Positions 36,861 through 49,902 of a stretch of DNA of 64,000 bases are shown here, one piece after another. This DNA comes from Takakia lepidozioides (Eukaryota; Plantae; Bryophyta): contig CM060733.1 of NCBI GenBank assembly GCA_030704615.1, positions 72,974,001 through 73,038,000 of the forward strand, given 5' to 3'. Under the pieces are notes generated by a model that was not told the origin of the DNA, searched no databases, and saw only the letters and a program-made list of their open reading frames with translations. A program made the translations under genes and the position numbers. Every line of letters starts with the position of its first letter. Position 1 is the stretch's first letter.

Positions 36861-39800
36861 TTGCCCAGAATTCAGTTTTTCTATGACCTGGCCTAGCGGT
36901 CCATGAGCCTGGGCTCCAAGTCATGAGCGTACACTGGTACTCATGAGCGGAGTGCTTCCAGCATGAGCGCGGAAATCTTCGATTTTTGATTATTTTATAG
37001 TTTTGGGCCCGAAAAAAATCTGCCGAAATTCGAAGTGTGTTACTTTGCGGCTCATGGGTGAGCCATGCCCGCTCATGAGCTCATGGAATAGCAACCCCCC
37101 GTGCTGGAGGGATCGCAGGAATCCAAAGAGCCGCAGGCAGAGTCCGTGGAGCTAGCTGCAGCACGCACACCCAGCCGATCCACGAGCACGGGTCTTCCTG
37201 CCGGGCCTAGCCCTCTGCGTTTCAAGGACGCGGCTTCGAAGGGCAACTCTTTGCAGTTCAAAGCCCCAGAGAGCGACTCGCCTTCGAAGGTCATGGAGAA
37301 TCGCCAACAAGGGTCTAGCCCTTCTCCAGCAAAGACGAAGAAGAAGTCCTTCAACTTGTTTCTGAACCGGACCAGGCCGTTTCCCCCCCACCTAGGCGAA
37401 TGAAGCAGATTCAATTGCAGCAGACACCTTCACCAGGCAAGAATGAGGAAACAGAAGGCAATCAGGGGGAGGGCGGAGCAGTCTCCCGCAAAACCGATTC
37501 CACGAGCTGAAGCCCAGTTCCTGCTTGATTTCCAGCCTGTGATGTTGGGGGCATCTCTGCTGCAGCGAAGGCAATGGGATCGACCGATTTCGTCGATCTG
37601 GTACCGGAGGAGGGTGCTGTCGCTCAACGTTCGCAGCAAGACCTGACCACCGTTGAGGAAGATCTTCATAATACTGCAGGCCCGGAGGAGGCCTTTGCAA
37701 TTGCAGAATTGCCCGCAAAGATTCCCCAGAGTGCAGCTCCAGTTGGGGATGCTCCAGCTGCTCAGCCCCTACCGCCACTAGCAGAAATGTCTCCGGAGGA
37801 ATTCCAAAGTGCAGCGGATACAATGTTGGAGGAGACACACAGTAGCATTGGCAGAGTTCTGGGCAGCAGGGTATTCCAGCGGACTCTTCGAATCTCACTC
37901 TGTTGCATGGTCTCCTTCCCATCGTCAGGCAGGCACTTCCCGGAGATGTGAATAAGCTCAAGTTCGCATTTCGAGAAGGGTACCGTCTAGGTTCGCCAGC
38001 CTTCTACGTTTCCCTTGAGAATGAGGACGGCGAATCTCGTGGACCCACTGCGGATGAATTGTCAACATGGGATACCCACTGGCACACTCGCAACGACAAA
38101 TTTGAGGCAACGCTGAAGGGTGATCCAGACTTCGGCCATATGTCGGGTAAAATGTTCTTTGTGTGGGACGGGAATCACCGACTTCTTGCCTGGTGGGAGT
38201 ACATCAAGCAGAACCATGCAAGCACATTGGCTGGCATTACATGGTGGAGTGTGTCATCCTCAAGGTGAAGGCGGCAGACTCCTCCCTGCTCAAGAATGCC
38301 ATGGCGGACCTCAACTCGTAAGATACTCATACCCTCCCAAGCACGTTCGAAATGCGGTGCCGCATTTCGGTTTCCAATCTGTTTTGTTTCTGTGCTTCCG
38401 TGGACTGAACTGGAGAGTGTGCCTTGCAGGGTCACTGAAAATGCGTACGTGCATACCCACATGGCACATATGTTGTACAGGGTGAGGAAACTGGTCTCAC
38501 TGATCCGCACATGTTTGCGGAAATGCTGGAGCCCGAGCTCATTCAGAAAGCCATGGCAAAAACTGACCGGACATGGTATCGTCTCACTATGGATGGAATG
38601 GTGGAGGTGATATACGAAGTTAGTTGTCCTCCCATTTCCCTCTGCTCATCCTTCCCCAATTTTCAGTAATCTTTCCACATGAATCAAATGTAACGCTTCT
38701 GCATGTTTTTGTTGGCAGTCAAACATCAAGCTGGATTTGGCCCATGCCAAATGCTTCTTCATGGAAAGTGAGGGGCAGGTCAAAATGTTGCAGTCATTGA
38801 CTGAGCACTTGAAGGAAGCCGGGGTCAAGTCCAGAACAAAATACAAGTCAAAGCTTGTGAAGCTGGTGGCCATTGCAGATCCGGCACTTGGAAAGGACTT
38901 CATCCCCGAGATTGCAAAACACTATTCTTGGGCCATGCAGCCGACCATGCAGTTGGAGAAATTGCATCACCTCTCAACGGCATGTGTTGAGGCGAAAGAA
39001 AAGGTGAGGTTTCAATGCACTGAAGTTCCTTCCTAGCAATAGTCACTCTTCTTCCTGCTCCTGACATTGGATCGGAAATGGCAGACACGGTGGCTGTTGA
39101 TCTGGAATGCATCGGAGAGTATAAGGACAATGTGGTCTTTTCCACTCGAAGTTTCCGACCCTGCAGTGGATGTGTGGCTCAACCGCATGACTTGGTGGTT
39201 CCAGGTAATTCAAGGTACTTCCCCATATTTGCTTTTTTGAAATGAATTCCCTGAACTGCTACGTGACAATGCATGTGGGAATCGCAGGTAATGACGAATG
39301 CGAAGGAGCAAGTCGTAATGCATACAAATTTGTTCGGCTTGTACGTCAAATGGGATGGAACACAGACATTGGAAGACTACGTGACACGTTTCAGATGTGC
39401 GTACAAGGACAACCTCTTCGCCAGGGAGCTGCAGACAGCAAGAAGGAGTGTGGAGTTTATACATCAGGAGGGAGCGGGAAAAGCTGCAATGCAAATTGTT
39501 TACAGGTGAAGCCCAGCTGTCCTTGTATGCAAAGCCTGGTATGAGGTTTGGCTGGGAAATGCGGCACCGCATTCGCATTTTATGTTTTCGGTTGCACTCT
39601 CCGAGTACGTTGGTCTCAACTTTTGCTCACGCATGCTGACTGCCCTGCAGGTATATGAAATACGTGCTTCTTCAGACAGGGGCCCTGGTTCAAGAGCCCC
39701 CGTTCTTCATGGCTTGGACCGTGGCGGGCCCAAGCTGTGTCTACACACCCGAGATGCAGAAACAATGGCATGCCGCGCATCTCGTTGGATGCCTGTGGTA

Positions 39801-42139
39801 CCTGGACATGTCTGGCGGAATTGTTGACGAGTCTCAGAAAGATCTGCACGCGAAAGCAGAAGAGAAGAGAAAGGAAAGACGTGTCCCTGCTTGGCCAGAA
39901 TCGGCAAAGGAAGCTGCTGCTCTGGAACAATCCAAAAAGGCAGCTGAGATGGCACAGAAGACGGTGGATGCAGCTGTGCAGGCTCAACAGAAGGGGTCAA
40001 AGAAGCGGACTCGTCAGCAAGGAGCAGCAGTTGTGACACCCAAGAAAACGAAGAAGCAAAAACAGATAGTGCAGGAAGAGGGTGAGGAAGAGGACTCCGA
40101 TGGAGACTTTGCAACCAGCCCACCCCCCGAAACGCAGCCAAAATCCCCTGTGTCCACCGTTGTCACGAGAGGGACGAGAACTGGCTCGGCAAAGAAGGCA
40201 CTCTTCAACCCCCCGGGGGGGGCACCCTTTCGAGCCGGTGGAAATGAAGAGGCCGAAAGTGGATCTCGATACAGTAGTCCAGTGTGTAAATGAGAGTTTC
40301 TTGGCGGCTTTGGATGGACGGGCAGCCAAGTTGGCATACATGAAGACCATGGAGGGTCTGAAGGGCAGAGCACTAAAGAAGGTGGCTGCCGAAGAGCCTT
40401 CCGACACCCCTGGGTTTCTGAAGATGGTCTCGTTCTTTGAGAGGATGTGTGCAGACAAGGATTGCAGGAGGGGCGGAAATGCCACCGAGTGGTCTTGCGA
40501 TATGATCATCTTGGATATTCCGGACGGAGAGCCTGTGGAAGGACTGCAAGCTTTGCCATCTTGGAACAGGTACTCCGAGGACTTTTGGAAGAAAGGATTG
40601 GGCTCGCCCGCATGGTGTTGGACGACAGAGGCTGTGTGGTTGTCCTGGCGAGTAGAGGCAAAAACACGCAGACAGGAATTGCGAAGTGGACCCGCAAGAG
40701 CGCCGTCCCAATTCCGAAGAAGAAGTGGACGTGCATCAACACATTGGGCCTTCGGTTGGAAGGGAAGAAGGTAATTACGACATTGGCACTCGTCCTTTCA
40801 TTTTCTTAGGAGTTTTGAGATGCGGTGCCGCATTCGATTTCTAATCGTTTCCTACTGTGTATGCAGACGAAGCAGTTCGACGCATACTGCTTTGTGAAGG
40901 AGAACTCCACCTTTGCTTTCCATTGGAGGGATTGTTGGTTGACCCGAACTGCGACCCCATCGATTACGACGTCCTGTTCAACAACGTTCCCACGGAACTT
41001 CTCCCTCATAGCCTCACTTCAACTGAACCCCTGCGGTATTCACGGACTCGGAGCCCTGCCTTCATTCAGACAATTATGGAGACATGCACTGACGTGGAGG
41101 GCACAGTGCTCGACCTCATCTATGGGACAGGTATGCAAAATCTTGTTCTATGCTGTTCTGCAAATTCTCGTTATGCTTTAATTCGCAACAATCTGAAGGG
41201 CCATGTCATAATGTGTGGATGGCATTGTAACAAGTGCCTCAATGTGGGCTGGGCGGTTTTCCGACCGGCACCTCTTTGCCTACGAGGAGGACACATCCGT
41301 CTAGGGATCCCATCTGGAAGGGCTGCAACGGAATGTGAAGGCTCCCATCGAAGCCAAAGACCCCTCGGATTCGTCGGAGTCGGAGGAAGAGACAGTGGAC
41401 ATTGATGCCGAGGAGAACCCGGAATACGAGTGAGTGCAAACATTGTAAGTTTGCAAAGCCTTCTGGGTGATTTTTTGTCAAACGCATTTCCGGACTGTGG
41501 TTCTCATTGGTCTCGTTGGTGATTGTTATGTGTAGGATTCCAGGATCCGGGTCGAAACATGTAGGGCCTACACTTCCTGCCAGGAAGAATGTCCCGTTCT
41601 TTGCGAGGGGTGACTTCATGACGAGCCTAGTGAAGGACTACTCCCTTCCTAGTTATGCAGCTAAACTCGCAAATACAGCGATTAGACGATGTGAGAATCC
41701 CAACAAAGTAGAGCAGATTTTGGAGAGGGCTAGGGAGGACAGAAGGATAAGGAAAGAGTTGGCAACAGCTGAGACATGTAGACGGGTGCGAAAGTTCATA
41801 TGTGATTCAGTGGATGAGAGCGATGCAGACAGGGAGGACGACGAGCCAACGGAGGTGAGATGGTCGGTTCCGCAAGGTGAAGATGGGATTTTGGAAAGCC
41901 TGGCCAACGAGCAGTCCGCTGGAGATGAGAAAGGCAATGACGGGGTGGAGGCGGAGTAGGACAGTCAAGGACATAACGACGATAGTGATGATTTTCAAGA
42001 TTAATAGAACTTTCATGAACTCTCTGTACATTTAAATTCTATTCCAGAGTATATAAAGGAAATTCTCCCCGTCCTTCATGTCCCCTCTCCCATGTGCTTC
42101 TCAACGACAACATCGTCCAAACCAGGTCCCTCCCAAAAT

Positions 42140-43030
42140 CGGAAATGCGGCACCGCATTTCCAAAACCGGGGCAAGAACAATTTTCCGTTTCATGGTTTG
42201 GACATCAGAAACTGTTCGGCCGAACGGAAATGCGGTGCCGCATTTCTGTTTTCGACACGGCAGTTTTGCCGATTGCCAGCTCCTTCCATGGAGGTAAATG
42301 GAAATGCGAAGGTCGAACATGGAAATGCGGTGCCGCATTTATATTTTGGAGATGGACATTTTTCCAACTGCAGACCCATCGATGGAAATGCGGCTCTCCA
42401 TTCCATGATGCTAGACGGGAATGCGGCACCGCATTCCATTGTCTAATAAGAAATTTCGATGACGTACATGGAAATGCGGCGCCGCATTTCCAAAATGGAC
42501 ATCATTGTTTGTCCAATTCCAGACCCTTTGATGGAAATGCGGCACCGCATTACATTGTCCTATAAAAACTTTCGATTGCCAAACATGGAAATGCGGCGCC
42601 GCATTTCCAAAACAGACATCGTTGTTTGTCCAATTCCAGACCCGTGTAGGCATTCCGTCTTGTTGGACGGAAATGCGGCACCGCATTCCATTGTCCAATA
42701 CGAAATTTTGATGACGGATATGGAAATTCGGTGCCGCATTTCCAGAACGGACATCGTTGTTTGTCCAATTCCAGACCCTTCGATGGAAATGCGGCACCGC
42801 ATTCCATTGTGCTCTCCAGAAATGCGGTGCCGCATTTCATTGTCTGGTACGAAATTTCGATGACGGACATGGAAATGCGGTGACGCATTTCAAGTATGGA
42901 CTTGGACAAGCATTAGCGACTGGACATGCTCGGACAATTCAAGGTCCAATATGGAAATGCGGTGCCGCATTTCCAATTCGAAGTATGGTAATGTCATGTC
43001 AGGAAATGAAATGTTGTACAGCATTTCCGT
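42140..43030. repeat. Second palindrome array of B, interrupted by the CACTA element
   Basis: About 15 GGAAATGCGG..CCGCATT sites; further B-type sites at ~56553 and ~57665 beyond the CACTA. Confidence 0.88.
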
Positions 43031-44089
43031 TACGACGACAACGGAGGAAAGGGAGCCACTACTACAGAAACCGGTTTTTCCAACACCACCCATAGTTCAC
43101 ACCTGGCACTTTGAACGGCTCTTCTTACACCCATGTGAGACGAGGCAAGGTGTGATTTGGATCATTGTAGGAAAAGCCACATGGTGTTACAAATTTCACA
43201 CTCGAATGACACCCATACGGTCAACAGATGTTGACCAAGATAATTCATATGGGGCATTTGACATGAGTGTCAAATGAGTCATGGAGTGTGAGGTGAGTGT
43301 CAGATGTCCTACAGGAATTTGGGGCAACTATATGGCGTGGCACATTGACCATCAAGGTGGATATGACTTGGCCCATTGACCATCCAGGTGGAAGATGGAT
43401 GGATAAAATGACTTCCACCTCTATTCAACATGCCCTGGACGACATAACACATAGACTTTTGTTTAGAGAATTTAAAAAGTTCAAAAAGGTTATTAGGGTT
43501 ATGGGGACCAACAATCCAAAAAGATGCACTGCTCATGCAGCTGACGACAATATCGTTATGAGAATGTCACACTATAATGAACAATGTAAAACAATTGCTT
43601 TGAGAAGCTATAGATAAAACTACCACATGTCGTCTCAGAGATTTGGGAGCCCGGCAATGTCAATCCCATTTCTGTCCAGTCAACCGTGACCCTTCACAAT
43701 GAGACAGTCTGAAGCTGAGCTGAGCACGGATTTCAATCTCTACTAGTCCAACCGTACTAGAGAAATATCCAGTGATCCTCAGACAAGGTTTTCTTCGCCA
43801 CCTTACATAAATTGTTCCCAATGACTCAATCCCTGTCCACATTGTTGCTAGATTCGAGAAGCTTGGACAAAGTGCCTTGCTCTTTGTGACTGCCTCCTTT
43901 TTTGAGACAACAGGGTTTTTTTGCTACGGGTGTCCTTCACTCACAACCGTCTTTTTTACATTGCGTCCGGGATATCAATGATCACCCCAGCCTGAATTTT
44001 GCCCCACCCTAGCCAGTGCTTTTTAACTAGTGCTTTTCAACTCGTCTACTGAGGGCCCCACTTTCTCCCCTTCGCTGGTACATGTCAAA

Positions 44090-44455
44090 ATCACTCCAAG
44101 AGCCATAGTGTTGGAAAACTGCCTTCGCATCCTTGATGCTCCCACATTTGGCATACATGTCCACGAGGGCATTGTTCAGAATCACATCAGGTAGAATTCC
44201 AGCTTTGACAATGAAGCCATGGACCTCTTCCCTTTTTCCAGAGCTGCCAGGTTTGCCCTTGATGCTCCCACATTTGGCATACGAGGCATTTGGCATACCC
44301 TTGATGCTCCCCACATTTGGATCGCATCTGTTACAATTCCAACTTTGGTGATGCATCCAAAGCTGCCAGACTTGCACACGCACTGCAAACGCACAATCTC
44401 GTTCAGCCATAGTGTTGAACACGCATCCTCAGTGCTCCCACATTTGCTATACATG
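44090..44455 (-). pseudogene. Scrambled PPR fragments inside the CACTA element
   Basis: EVHGFIVKAGILPDVILNNALVDMYAKCGSIKDAKAVF; MYSKCGSTEDA; repeated KCGSIK. Confidence 0.8.
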
Positions 44456-44463
44456 TGTCCACC

Positions 44464-46180
44464 ACCAGCTAACTTGCAGAATTCAACATGGAAATTTAGG
44501 GCCGATTCTAATAAGAGGGAAAAACAGGGTGAAATGTGTTGAAGAAGGTGCCCTCATTGCCTGATTTTACCAATTGTGTCGCTGCTGCTGCGGCTTCCAG
44601 TTGACCATCTACCCATGCAGGTTTCTTGTAGCTATTCTCCCACAAGGAATCATAGGCAATGTTGTGCTTGAAATGTGGCCCTCACCGATGAATCTGGACC
44701 CACACTCTATCCCTGCTCCTTCAGCTATCCATGCCTCTGCACAAATCATGCATACATCCTTGCCTTGCTGGTAGCAGCTGACAATAACAGCCTACATTTG
44801 TTCTAGGAAACACCCAACTCAACTTCTCACACTAGTTCATATGCTCAATTGCATCTGCTACTCTCTGTAATCCAACAGACATTCACCTTTTTGCCACAAT
44901 TGGGCCACCATTGATTAGGGTCAGAAAAGTATTCATGCCACAGCTTCATGACTGTTTAGGGTTCACTGTCACAAATGAAAGTGTGTTTGTCAGAATTCTG
45001 CCCACCCCAACAGCTCAGTCACTCCCACCCATGTAAGGTACCATGCTGTATCAAGTATAAACCCTGGAAAAGTACATGCAATAGCAGAAACCAACTCTAC
45101 ACCATAGCACAACTGGCTTGGTACCTCCCATGTGGAGCTTGCCTCCGCCTTCTACCATTTCGCCTCTGCCTTGCAGGTGCATTCAAGTTGGCAATGGCCA
45201 ATTCAGCAATTCAAAGGCTCCATCCCACTTCACTGCTGTGCACATCCTGCAAGCATCGCGCTCCACGACACCACATCTTGTTCAGCCATGGTGTTGAACA
45301 CTCCCTAAACTTGACCAAATCAGAAAAGTATTCATTCCACACCTTCTCCTCATCTCTTGTACCTGTTTCTGGATACTTTCCTGTTGTCACATTGGCAGTA
45401 TCATGTCAAAGTCACTCCAATCTATCAAAGATTCAGTCAACCAGCTAACTTGCATAATTCAACATGGAAATTTAGGGCCGATTGTGATAAGGGGGAAAAA
45501 CAGGCTGAAATGTGTTGAAGAAGGTGCCCTCATCGCCTGATTTTACCAATTGTGCCGCTGCTGCTGCGGCTTCCAGTTGACCATCTACCCATGCAGGTTT
45601 CTTGTACCAATCCTTCCACAAGGAATCATAGGCAATGTTGTGCTTGAAATGTGGCCCTCTTGGATGAATCTGGACCCACACTCTATCCCTGCTCCTTCAG
45701 CTATCCATGCCTCTCACAAATCATGCATACATCTTTGCCTTGCTGGTAGCAACTGACAATAACAGCCTACATTTGTTCAAGGAAACACCCAACTCAACTT
45801 CTCACACTAGTTCCTATGCTCAATTGCATCTGCTACTCTCTATAATCCAACATGCATTCACCTTTTTCCCACAATTGGGCCACCATTGATTAGGGTCAGA
45901 AAAGTATTCATGCCACAGCTTCATGACTGTTTAGGGTTCACTGTCACAAATGAAAGTGTGTTTGTCAGAATTCTGCCCACCCCAACAGCTCAGTCACTCC
46001 CACCCATGGAAGGTACCATGCTGTATCAAGTCTAAACCCTGGAAAAGTACATGCAATAGCAGAAACCAACTCTACACCATAGCACAACTGGCTTGGTACC
46101 TCCCATGTGGAGCTTGCCTCCGCCTTCTACCATTTCGCCTCTGCCTTGCAGGTGCATTCAAGTTGGCAATGGCCAATTCA
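44464..46180. repeat. ~740-bp direct duplication of the CACTA transposase 3' region (44464-45205 and ~45440-46180)
   Basis: Near-identical ORFs 44574/45550 and 44975/45950. Confidence 0.88.
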
Positions 46181-49100
46181 TCTGCCTCACTCAAAGGAAC
46201 ACAAACAGCAAGCTCAGTCATGATGTTATGAGGAATTTCAGGAGGCACCATGCCTACATAAATGTCTCCCTCACCCAGTGCCACTTCTGTAATATCGTGA
46301 ACCACTCGTCGGGATCGAGGGTCCTTGTGAAGGACCACCTTCCAGTTCCCTCGTGAACTTTTTTCATCCGAGAAAAAAACTTGCTCCACCTGACTAGGGA
46401 ATGTCCAGGGCTGCTCCATCCCAGGCAACATGCGACTGAAGTCAACCAAGAGAAAGCCATAATCATCTCGTTTCATGGTGGCATTCCGGCCCACCATGTG
46501 TGACCTCACCCATGTACACAAGAACAGAATTGGGTGAAGAATTCCGTAATCCAGTTGAATTATTTCTCTTACAACACCCACATATTCCAATTGGGATAAC
46601 ACTCGTCTGGACATACCTGCTCTGTTTTCGCTTTCCTGATGGAATACTTGAGCAACTCCAGAATCAAATGTCACCCTGTCTCTGGCGCCAGTCCCATCAC
46701 TTATTGCTCGAAAGTGATTGCCGTAAGCATACATGGACTTGAAGCCCAATGACTGTACTGCTGGTGGTATACATAAATGGCATATGTCCAAATCATAGGA
46801 CTCACCTGAACTCACCTTGCGTTGGACAGCACCTTCAATCCATTCATGGAATGGAGCCAGTAAGCGCATATCTGTTGGGTATGGAATTTCTCCATTGTGG
46901 TGGTCTTGGTCCACAAAAGGTATGCTGTTCTGAACTCAGTGCGGGATGCTTCTATGAGTGCCATCTCCTCTTCATAGGCCCTGTCCAAATGAGAATTGCA
47001 AATTAGGATTACAGCTTATACCATTGGCAGAAATGAAACACACAGGATATGATAAGCAACATACTTACTCAAGGAATGGTTTCATGCAATCTGTGTTGTG
47101 CAAAATATACTCGTGTGCACTGTCTCGTTCTTGAATGGTGAGGACTCGTACAGTTCCCAATCCTTCAACCACCTCCCCACTAACTGAGTCTTCTTCATTG
47201 GAGTCCCACACCCTTCGGCTTGTAGCATGAAATTCAGCCATATACTCAGTTAGAAACCCTAGGGCCTCATCCAAAGCATACCCTTCCGCCATGCTCCCTT
47301 CAGGTCGGCTCATATTCCTTACATAGCCTTTTAATGTCTTCATATACCGTTCCATAGGATACATCCAACGGCTAGACACGGGACCACACACCTCCAATTC
47401 GTCCACAAGGTGTACAAGCAAGTGAGTCATGATATCAAAAAATGACGGAGGGAATTCTTTCTCCAGCAGACACATAGTGATTGCAACATCTTCTTTTAAG
47501 GCCGGTACCTCAGCTGGATTAATGATCTTTGCACACACTTTTTGGAAGACTCGAGAAAGCCTCATAATTGCCATCCGTGGACCCTTTCCCAATACCCCTC
47601 GAATGCAAAGAGGTAAAATCTGCTGCATCATTACATGGTAGTCATGGGTTTTCATTGTAGACAGTTTATTGTCAGCCACATGTTTCTGGAATGTGGCAGC
47701 ATAACCTGTGGGGGCCTTTACTGCAGCCAATGTTTCCAAAAACAGCACCTTCTCATCTTCAGTAAGAACATATGGGGCCAAAGGCTTGACCAACTTGTTC
47801 GGGTGAGAGGGATGGGGTCTCAACCACAAGTGTTCACGAATGACATTGAGTTCCATATCCTTCCTAGATGTGGCTGTGTCCTTCTCCCCAAGAATGGTTC
47901 TCAGCACATTCTCACACAAATTTTTTTCACAATGCATCACATCCAGTGTGTATCGGATGAGTAAGTCTTTCCAGTATGGCAATTGGTTCAAAACAGTGAC
48001 CCGTTTCATGCCATGTTCCTTTGAAGGGTCCAGTTTTCCCCCCTCAGCCCCTCCCATTGCGAGATACAACTCTCTGGTTGTAGCCCGGTCAAATTGCTCA
48101 CTTGCAGTGACCACCATAGGAGCTGCTCTATGTTCCACATGTCCATTAAAGTGGGACGAGTTATTCCTATAGGGATGAATAGCAGGCAAGTATCTCCTAT
48201 GACCAAGATACAAAACTTTTTTGCATGCCTTGGAGTACCTGGAATCAACATTAGGGCCGCAAGCTGGGCAGGCCTTGTATCCCCCGTGTGCGCATCCTGC
48301 TAGCAACCCATAAGCTGGAAAGTCGTGGATTGACCACATCAAGATGGCCCTCATGCGAAATGACTGTTGCCCCACTAGGCTACTTCCATCCAATGCCTCC
48401 ACACCAACTTCCCACAACAATTTCAGCTCATCCACAAGGGGCTGCAGATAAACATCTGCATTGTCATTTCCCACAGATTGTGGTCCAGGAATCAATAAAG
48501 CCAACATCGTGAAAAATGGCTTAGTACACAGCCATGGTGGAAGATTATAGTTTACCAACATGACAGGCCAAGTTGACCATTTGTTTGATTTATCACTGTA
48601 AGGATTGACACCATCCCATGCGAGACCCAATCGCAGATTTCTGGGGTCCGCTGCAAACTCAGGCCATTTTTGGTCAATGTGGGCCCAAGCCTTGCTGTCT
48701 GCTGGGTGCCTAACCAAGCCATCCAAACTTCGATTCTTAAAGTGCCATGACAATAACTCTGAGATGGATTTGGCTTTATACATTCGAAGCAGCCTTGGAA
48801 TGATAGGGAAATGTCGAAGGACCTTACGAGGTACTGGTGTCTTCGTACCCACCACATAACGACATGCCTGACATTTTGGACAAACCTCCAAATTTTGAAG
48901 CTCCCTTCTGAACAACACACAACCTTTCGGACATGCATGTATACTCTCGTAATGAAGCCCGAGTTCCATTATGAGTTGTTTTGCCTCATAGTGGGACTTT
49001 GGCAGGCAATTGTCTGCTGGCAACAGTTGTCTTCCTAACAATGTAAGGAGTTCATCGACAAAGGTGTTTGACACACCATGGGTTTGACAAGCATTTAACA

Positions 49101-49873
49101 GCAGTAAGGTAGCAGACAATCGAGAGGAAGAACTCCCTACATACAAAGCCCTGGATGCCTCCTGCTCAAAACGTAAGGCACTCGCTGCACCACGATCACC
49201 ATCGCTCTTCAGTCCACCATCAGTCTGCTCTGGCACTCCATCTGTGTCCCATTGGCCCTGTGTTCCATCTCCCGGTTCCTCATGTGCATCACCAGTTTGC
49301 ACCCCATTATCTGTAGTTGCGAATGTCTCCCGGAGCATTCTAAGCATGTCAAGATTACGATCCAAGGTATCAGGACCACCTGCAGGGCTGGTTTCCGTTC
49401 TAAACCCCTCATGTTCGTCTCCAGAGTTTTCCTGCTTATAAGCAGTCCACATGTCAATCCACAATAAGATGGGGAGTTTAGGGTTGGAAATGGTGGATGT
49501 GGAACGTGCCATAATACAGGCACGTGGCAATAGGAAAACGGGCATGTACAATACTCTACACCTTACAACAATCCCGCTACCAGGAATTTGAACTGTTTCT
49601 TATAATTTCAAAGTATGCATCAGGGTTAAGGGAAGAGAATCCACAGATATGCACCGGGAGTTCTCGCAAGTTAGGATCTCGCAAGTTCAAAAGCAGATGA
49701 CGCTTAGCCCGGCCAATGGTTTGCCAGTTCCCACCATGACAGGCATTGCATGGACATAGAATTTTCCGAAGACCCAGTCTTCTTGCTCGCGCTTCCTCTA
49801 GTTTCCACAATCTGTCATCGTCATGTTCTGCTTGTGTCCGCCTTTGCAATCGATGGGCAGTAGGAGGGATCAT
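46072..49873 (-). CDS. CACTA TnpD-like transposase (transposase-associated, Tnp21, DUF4218- and DUF4216-like regions), multi-exon
   Basis: ILCPCNAC; YESIHACPKGC; HPADSKAW; PRNLRLGLAWDGVNP; DVMHCEKN; GPVSSRWMYPMERYMKTLKGYVRN; 828-aa open exon at 47065-49551. Confidence 0.92.
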
Positions 49874-49902
49874 CTTGGCGACTGAGTGAGACTCGTCAGG
49901 AA

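Larger units (their letters stand above)
29573..37099. mobile_element. MULE-like element C (7.5 kb, non-autonomous derivative) nested in B
   Basis: Left end GAGGTTTACTATTTCATGAGC; right end GCTCATGGAATAGCAACCCCC; exact 9-bp TSD CGTGCTGGA at 29564-29572 and 37100-37108. Confidence 0.93.
29256..41959 (+). pseudogene. Multi-exon ParB/Srx-like plus DNA methyltransferase-like gene of B, split by element C
   Basis: N-terminal RKLQKLYFGRRP matches RKLRALYFERRP of A; FVWDGNHRLLAW (DGNHR at 38167-38181); DMIILDIPDG (DIPD at 40514-40525); RSPAFIQTIMETCTDVEGTVLDLIYGTG; acidic tail with VRWSVPQGEDGI. Confidence 0.78.

Noticed and set aside
9152-41959. Prophage or bacterial contamination as the source of ParB and MTase
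   Set aside because: The genes have collinear GT-AG introns, lie within TIR/TSD-bounded MULEs, and are nested with plant LTR and CACTA elements.
44022-44035. ACTAGTG as a possible CACTA or Helitron terminus
   Set aside because: No matching TIR or TSD. The true CACTA ends are at 43057 and 56521, and CTAGTG is common here.
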